Both the position numbers and the translations under genes were made by a program. Positions 55,483-64,000 of a DNA stretch of 64,000 bases are shown piece by piece; the stretch's first letter is position 1; each line of letters starts with the position of its first letter. Source of the DNA: Rhina ancylostomus (lineage: Eukaryota); the NCBI GenBank assembly GCA_030265395.1, contig JARFYF010000074.1, positions 37,676,957-37,740,956 on the forward strand, in the 5' to 3' direction. Under the pieces are notes generated by a model. It searched no databases. It had not been told where the DNA came from and saw nothing but the letters and a program-made list of their open reading frames with translations.

Positions 55483-57914
55483 AAGCTGTGCACAAAGCTT
55501 GACCCATTCAGCCCAGTTCTACTGCAAGAAAAATTAGTGTATTTTGCCGTGTTGGCCAATTTCTCCCAATGCAACCTAAAGACATTGCTAGTTGTAATCT
55601 CTCGGCTGAGTGATGTGATTAAAAGAAAAAGCTTTTCTTTGGATCACCCAATAATTTGCTGGAAATTGCATGCATCAACATCCACATTGCAGCATCCACA
55701 GTCAAATAGCCTGCTATGCATAATAAAATGAAGCACTGAAATATGACATGGCCCTCATAGTAATCACACACTAAAGGAAAAGAAAACTGATAAAACCAGT
55801 TCATGTCTTTGGATTTAATAGCTTATGGTGATCAAAGCAAGGAGAATATATTGATTATTCCAGATGTGTTCCTAGACACTATTGTCCAAGGTTTGGGACA
55901 CTCAATATTAATGGAAATATAACCCAAGGAAGGAGCACTAAATTAACATGGGAGCTCAGTTATGATCTGCATCACCAAGCTTAATTACTTAAAAACTTAG
56001 AAGTTAAATATGCTAGTGTCTGTCCTCTGCAATCTCCATACTTAGATGCCAAAATAGTGCAGTAAATTAAACATTCAACTTTTAATGAAACCTCAATGTG
56101 ACTTGAAATTGCTTCATGAACATGTTCTGGGCTCAAATGACAATTCTTAAATCATAAGAAGCTGCTTTCAAGTAAGACACAGTTCCTACCAATCCTGTAC
56201 ATTTATAAGACAGTTAAAACTTGCATGGCAAGCTCATCAATATTGTTCATTTAAGTACCTTTATATTTACATAATCATTCCATTTTCAAATCATCAGCAG
56301 CCATGTAGATTTTAATATCCAGGGCTGAGATTTAACCTTACAGATAATGTGATTTTTTGCTAGTGTCCAATTTTGGTGACCTTCATGACTTTCCCAGAAA
56401 AATGTTTTTTTTAGAACCATAGTTTATTTATAACTCACCCAGTCACCTTACTTTGTGGTGGCCACTGTGCCACTAAACATTGATGGTGATAAAGTAAAAA
56501 GCCAAATCAGCACAAAATTATATCCCAAAAAAAATTTCATGAAAGCAGAGACTTATAGTTTGGCTCATCATACACACACCAAACAGTGACAATCAATTGG
56601 AGACACTTCCCATAAATAAAAACTGACAAACTTGAATCAGAAAATATGCACACCCCTTCCTGCGATTTCATTCACCCTTGGTCAATTTCTCCTTCATTGA
56701 GCAAATCACTGACTATTCTGTGATTTAGATCCAAATTTTCCCTGAGAACTATTTAGGTCATAATACAGGCCGTCTCCAGGTCACGGCAAGGTTCCAGTCC
56801 CGTGAACTGCTTGTAACCTGAACAGTTTGCAAGTCTGAAATGCAGCCACAAACCAAGTTCGCACACGGCAGTAGATGCCTGCAGCCCCAAAGCAGCTGAC
56901 AAATCCATACCACCAGTCTCCCAAATGCTGTGCACATGTACAGGCTGCACAAAGTAAGCTGGACAGAATCTGTAATAGCTTAACATTTAGTTAAAATGGA
57001 CAACCAGAATCAATTAATAAAAAATGTTTTTTCTTGCAGTTTCACTTACATACAGGCTACGTCACTGAATTCAGTGAGGTTAATCAATAAACACTGAACA
57101 GTTTACCCCAAAATTTATTTTTTTGCACCATGCCTAAACCCTGCAAAAATACACTTGTAGCTTCAAAATTAAAACCACTGTACATTACACACAACAGCAG
57201 TATTTCTCTCCATTCCACCAATTAACATAAATATGTCAAACTACAACTAGATCAAGGATCCATCACACCAGATTTTGAATACTTTAATTACATGAAATTT
57301 CTGTTATTTTGGTAGAGCTTAAGTTAAAATAGCAGGCAAAGATGTCATAAAATGAGTGTTCATACTCTTGCATTACATGACATAATTTCATGACTGAAGT
57401 CTTCTTTGCACTGCTTTACCACATTAACTCAGCTCTTCTGCTTGAGACATGACAGATCATGAAGTTGCATGTAGAAAAATAAGAAAAACAAAAGCCACAT
57501 CCTACCACCGAGTGGCCCATACCACAGAATCACATCTAAAAGCATGCAAGATTAAGAATGAAATTCTTCAGATCAACTTCTGACATTCAGTCTAACAGAA
57601 GTCAACAGCAGCTGTTTTAAGTGCAACCAGGGCCAAAAATTTCCTGAATTTTATTCACAACTTTTAATGTTAGGTGATACTTTAACTCCCAAAGAAATTT
57701 ATTGTGAAAAGAATGCAGTTGACAACAGGTCCATGATTTCCCAGTGTCAGCTGCAGGCCTTAAATACAATTGACGTTTTCGGAATGACCCAAAGCACTTC
57801 AGAAATAATTAACTTACTGAAGTGAAGTTAAACCAAGCGACAAATCTACACAGTAAAAAGATATATTTGTGACTGAGGGATGAACACTGCCAAGATATTT
57901 TTTTTATTATTAAT

Positions 57915-58300
57915 TTTTCAGGATGCATAGTATTTATCACCCATCCTTATTTGCCCTGGAGCTGGTGGCAATGAGACGCAGCTTGAACTGCTGCAGTCCT
58001 CCTAATGCAAATTCACGCCCTCCACCCCAATCTTACCATGAAGGAAGATCCCGTGACATTAGTATATATTCAAGGCAGGATGGTGCGCAGATTGGAGATA
58101 TATCTACAGGTGGTGATGATTCCATAAGGTTGTATCTCTTGTTCTTTTCCATACTTAAGGTCATAGGATTGGGAAGTGCTGTCTGAAGCCTGGGAGAGTA
58201 GCTACTGCTTAAAACATCCTTCACAAACACCGAAGCACAAAGCACAGGTAGTGTGGGGAATGAAGGTTTAGGTTGAATGGAGCACCAATCAAGTGAGCTG
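57915..58300 (-). mobile_element. Ancient LINE 3' relic
   Basis: atttatcacccatcc...ttgccctgga...cttgaactgctgcagtcc. Confidence 0.55.
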
Positions 58301-58384
58301 ATGAAAGTAGGCAGGGATTGGACAAAGGAGAAAGGATAGAGTCAATGTAGGAAGATACAAAGTTTCCACTTTATTCTTCACCAC

Positions 58385-60190
58385 ATTCGGTACTGCAAAC
58401 TCTTAACAGCCCTCACCTTCTCACATAACTGTTTCATCTCCGATGCCCTCCGTCACTACTGCTTCAATTCCCTGGTCCCAACAGGCTCATCTTTACCATG
58501 GATGTACCATCTTTTACACCTCCATCCTACATCATGATAGTCCAAGGACCCTCTGCTTCTTCCTTGAGCAGAGACCCAACCAGTTGCCCCTCCACCAGCA
58601 CTCATTCACCTGGCCGAATTGGATCTCACATTGACCATCTTCCCCCTCAGCTCCACTCATTTCTCCAGATCAAAGTAGTAACTATGGGCACTCATATGGA
58701 CTCAAGCTATGCACGTCTTTTTGTGGGATATGTGGAACAGTCCTTGTTTGAATCCTACCCAGGTCCATACACACAACTCTTTTTCCAGTACATTTATCAA
58801 ATACTGTACTAACAAGCAGTAAAACAGAAGTCAAAAGCAGCAGCTGCTTTAAGTGCAACCAGTGCTGCTTCCTGTACTCATGCAGGACTTGACAATTTCA
58901 TTACTTCTGGCAATTTCCTACCTGCTCTCACCTTCACTTGAATTTCTGACTCTCCCCTTCCTTTTCTGGATCTCTCCATCTCAAGATAAGCCAAGTATTA
59001 ACATCTATCACAAGCCTCCCAGTTAACTCAACTACTTTTCATCTTACCTTGCCTCCTGCAAGGACTACTTGTTTCTCTGTGATCTTTACTCCAGTGGATG
59101 CGACTTTCCGTTGGTGTGCCTCAGAAATGTCTTCTTTCTTCCTGAACCATCGCTTCCCCTCCGTCACCATTAACAAGGCCCTTGAACCGCATCACATCCA
59201 TTTCCCAGGCCTCTGCTCCCACCTCCACTACTCCAGGGCAGAACAAGGATAGAGTACTCCGATCCTCTCATTCCACCCCACCAGCCTCCACATTCAATAG
59301 ATCATTCTCCACCATCAAGCATATCTTCCCCTCCAATCTCCTTTCTGCATTTCACAAGGACCATTCCCTGAGCAGCTCCCTGATCCCCTCTTCCATTCTT
59401 ACCAACCACCCCACTTCTTTATGGCGCTTTCCCTTCCAACCTCAGGCAGTGAACATAGATCCTTTCACTTTTTCCACCATTCAGGGACCCAAACATTCTT
59501 TCCAGATGAAGCAGGGATTCACTTGCACTTCCAATCTAGTATATTGCTTTCAGTTCACCATGTGGTCTCCTCTATAGTGGAGAAGCCAAACACAGATTGG
59601 CTGATGACTTTGCAGTGCACCTGCATTCAGTCCACAGAGGCAACCCTGNNNNNNNNNNTTTCCCTGCTGCCTCAATTTTCCATCCCACTCCAACCTATCA
59701 CTCTGTGGCCCCCTGTACTGTTACAATGAGGACCAAGGCAAGCTTGAAGAACAGCACCTCATCTTCCATCAGGGCACATTGCAGCCTTCTAGACTTGACA
59801 CTGATTTCTACAACTTCAGGTAACTTGATTTCTGTCTGTATCAGTTGTCCATCTGCAATGTTCACTCAGCTCTTTTTTCTTGTGGATGTGGGGGACATAC
59901 CCAGCCTGACCTGCCGGGCACATCTTCCTGCTCTGTATTTCTCACTCCTACATTCTTTCGTTTGTCTTCTCACTCTCTAACTGCTCCTGTTCACTCATTG
60001 ATCAATTTACAGTTCATCCCATAGACACCCTGGTTTTTTCCTAACAGAGACATCCACCCTCCCTGCAGCATAATGAGCTTTTTTTCTCCTTCCCAGTCCT
60101 GAGGAAGGGTCTTCAACCTGAAACATTAACTGTTTCTCTTTCCACCGATACAGCCTGACCTGCCGAGACTTTCCAGCATTTTCTGTTATG
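58385..60190 (+). mobile_element. Penelope-like retroelement: decayed RT, GIY-YIG endonuclease, 3'UTR and terminal repeat
   Basis: RT motif A (TMDV.S.YTSI), motif B (LQIKVVTMGTHMDSSYARLFVGYVEQSLF), GIY-YIG start (QGFTCTSNLVYC); many frameshifts. Confidence 0.88.
60094..60132 (+). ncRNA. Minimal type I hammerhead-ribozyme-like motif in the Penelope terminal repeat
   Basis: cagt-c-CTGAGGA-agggt-cttc-aacct-GAAAC-atta-actg: CUGANGA and GAAA core boxes, stem II 4/5 pairs, stem I cagt/actg; stem III weakened. Confidence 0.6.
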
Positions 60191-61049
60191 TAGATAGCAG
60201 CCATATGATAGAATTGCTAATGAAGGTGGCATCATCCTTTATATCCACTTGAATCATGGCAGGCAACAAGGTGCTTTTCAACATACCATTGAGAACAATT
60301 CTACACTAGATGTTCAACCTAGATTACTCGAAGTGAAGCCTGAACTCAGTTGTAGCACAGCAGATCCCTGATATCTGACACTATTTGTGGAGCAAGATAA
60401 ACATAAGCCTAAAAGTGATAGAACTCAACGCCTAGTCCTTGATTGCCATGCAGTGAACGAAGGCCAATAACTTACAATAAACAGGAAAACTCTCGACATT
60501 TGTTCACTTTATTAAGAGGGCAAAAAAAACATAAGTGGCATTGTAAACTACTCCATTTGGTAAATCACGATCTGAACCCGATAATACTGCCCGTGTCTGC
60601 GAGCTTCGTTATCACAGATGGCACGAATCGCAGACTGGAAGTTACAGTAACTAATTACTACTCTGATGTTTACTTATTTGGGAACCTTGAAATTCCACAA
60701 GGCCACGTGCAAGATATGTGATCATTCGCTAGATTACCTTCCCCAAAATACACAGGGCAGCACGAATAACAGGAAATCAGTTTGTATCTACTTTTCGTCA
60801 GCTTGAGCCACACAATGAACAGCAAAACTTGCGCTGCTCAATTAAAAGAATCAGTAAAGCACACTCCTCCCAAAAAAAATCCCCCTCTCATTCTGAAAGC
60901 CCGCATACCAACACAGAAAGGGTTCATCCGCTAGCACTCAGGACACTTGAAAGAAAATAAAACGTGATTAAAAAAATCTCCTGCACTCATTTTATAAGAA
61001 TCTTAAAAGCTATCGTTGAGCAAGTAAAAAGTTATTTAAACAGGAGTCT

Positions 61050-61980
<931 letters not shown>

Positions 61981-62264
61981 GAAAATCCTGAATGATATTG
62001 TACAGTCTGTATCTCAAATGAAATATGCGTTCTATTATGCCTTCTTTTCCAAATTGATGGGTTGGAAGTGGTAGCTGGCAGTGGTAGCTGGATTGCTTCA
62101 GCAATCCAAACTTTGATCCTCCTTCTGTCCTTTTCTCTCCCAACTCCCTGAACACACGGTTTCCTCCCAAATCTGGGCCTGCCATTAGCCCATGTTTGCA
62201 TCCTGGTGATCTGATCTTTGCTTTTTTCTCGAGACTGAACCAGTTCTGATTAAATCTACAAATT

Positions 62265-63285
62265 AGTAAGTTGGTTTATTATTGTCAGGTGCACTGAGGT
62301 ACAGTGAAAAACTTGTCTTGCATACCGTTCATACAGATCAATTTCTCACACAGTGCATTGAGGTAAAGCAAAGTAAAACAATAACAGAATGTAGAATAAA
62401 GTGTTTTAGGTACAAAGAAAGTGCAGTACAGTTAGACAATAAGATGCAAGATCATAATGAAGTAGATTGTGAGGTCAAGAGTCCATGTTTATTGTACTAG
62501 GGAACTGTTCAATAGTCTTATAACACCGGGTGGGCAATCTTTGTCCATAGAGGGGAGACTGGTTTCCCTGATTTGCTGAGCTGTGTCCACAATTCTCTGC
62601 AGTTTCTTGCAGTCTTGTGCAGAGCAGTTGCCATACCAAGCCGTGATGCATCCAGATAGGATGCCTTCTATGGTGCATCAATAAAAATTGGTAACGGTCA
62701 AAGAGGACATGACAAATGTCTTTAGCCTCATGAGCNNNNNNNNNNNNNNNNNNNNNNNNNNNNNNNNNNNNNNNNNNNNNNNNNNNNNNNNNNNNNNNNN
62801 NNNNNNNNNNNNNNNNNNNNNNNNNNNNNNNNNNNNNNNNNNNNNNNNNNNNNNNNNNNNNNNNNNNNNNNNNNNNNNNNNNNNNNNNNNNNNNNNNNNN
62901 NNNNNNNNNNNNNNNNNNNNNNNNNNNNNNNNNNNNNNNNNNNNNACCATGTCACTAGTCTCTCCACCTCCTTCCTGTACTCCGACTCATTGTTATTTGT
63001 GATATGGCCCACTACAGCGGTATCATCTGCAAACTTGTAGATGGAGCAAGAGCAGAATCTGGCCCCACAGTCGTGAGTGTACAAAGAGTAGAGTAGGGAG
63101 CTGAGGACGCAGCCTTGTGGGGTACCAGTGATGAGAATAATTGTGGCGGAGGTGTTGCTGCCTGTCCTTACTGATTGTGAGCTGTTGGTCAGGAAGTCAA
63201 GGATCCAGTTGCAAAGGGAGGTGCTGAGTCCCAGTTCTCAGAGTTTGGAGATGAATTTGCTTGGAAATATAGTACTGAAGGTGAA
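62265..63285 (-). mobile_element. Rex1/Babar-like LINE RT and 3' end
   Basis: YTHDC...[32 protein letters not shown]; [11 protein letters not shown] motif; 3' tail AATAATAAAC. Confidence 0.9.
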
Positions 63286-63289
63286 TATA

Positions 63290-64000
63290 AGAAAGATAAT
63301 CAACTGCACCTTGTTTGCAACCTTTGACACCATTGCCCACACCATCCTCCTCCAACATCTATTCCGTGTCATCTGACTGGATGTCTGCTTCCATTCACAT
63401 CTTTCCTGTTGTAGCCAGAAAATCACCCACAAATCTCTTCCTGTTCCTGCACCATTATCTCAGGTGTTCTCCAAGGATCTCTCTTTAGCTGCTTCTTATT
63501 TACTCACATTCCTTGATAACAGCATCCAAAACTAGTTTCTGCATTTCCACAACCTCACCACCATCTTCCTTGATCCCACTGCTCTCTCTAAATTGTCCAA
63601 TGGCAGCACTGGGTGAGCACATATTTACTCCATTTAAACATCTGAAACATCATTATCTTCATCCCCATCATCAACTCCGTTCCTAGTTTCTAACTTAATC
63701 CTCCCTAAAACTGAACCGGACTGTTTGCATCCTATTATATCTGAACCCAGATTCAGAGCACACTTGCACCATCTTCCAACCCTACCCCTAGCTCAGCTCA
63801 TAAGCTGCTGATATTCCCATCGGGCCTTTGTCATTGATAGATTTGACAACAAAACTCCTGACTAGCCTCCCTCATTCTACAGTTCATAAAGCTGAGCTCA
63901 TCCAAACCTCTGATGCCCATGTCCCAATTCACATCAATTCACCTGTACCCATTATCCTTGTTTCACAGATATCGACTGACACTCCCCCACCCCCATTAAG
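63290..64000 (+). mobile_element. Decayed L2-like LINE RT region
   Basis: LFATFDTIAHTILLQHL (LSAAFDTVDH-like) and ggtgttctccaaggatc (GVPQGS-like). Confidence 0.7.

Overview
Vertebrate genomic DNA from a draft scaffold with many N gaps. The repeat complement (CR1, Rex1/Babar, L2, Penelope-like elements, V-SINEs, Deu-type SINE relics) suggests a cartilaginous fish (shark/ray); this is inferred, not shown. The window holds the 5' part of one gene, the Ste20/GCK-V kinase STK10 (LOK), on the minus strand: a CpG-rich promoter and exon 1 at about 61.3-61.9 kb, and 12 coding exons (61471 to 3159, 2079 nt, 693 codons) that splice in frame into the kinase domain, acidic linker and start of the coiled coil. 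The gene continues past position 1. The rest is intron filled with decayed retroelements and two solo LTRs. Most notable: a GC-AG intron 10; about seven hammerhead-ribozyme-like motifs at Penelope-like element ends, with a nearly intact core only antisense to the gene; a candidate poison acceptor plus in-frame ATG before exon 4; a locally templated insertion replacing the YIDD motif of a Penelope RT; and a small CpG island in intron 2. I found no convincing new multi-gene system. Repeat boundaries are approximate and family names come from remembered motifs, not database searches.
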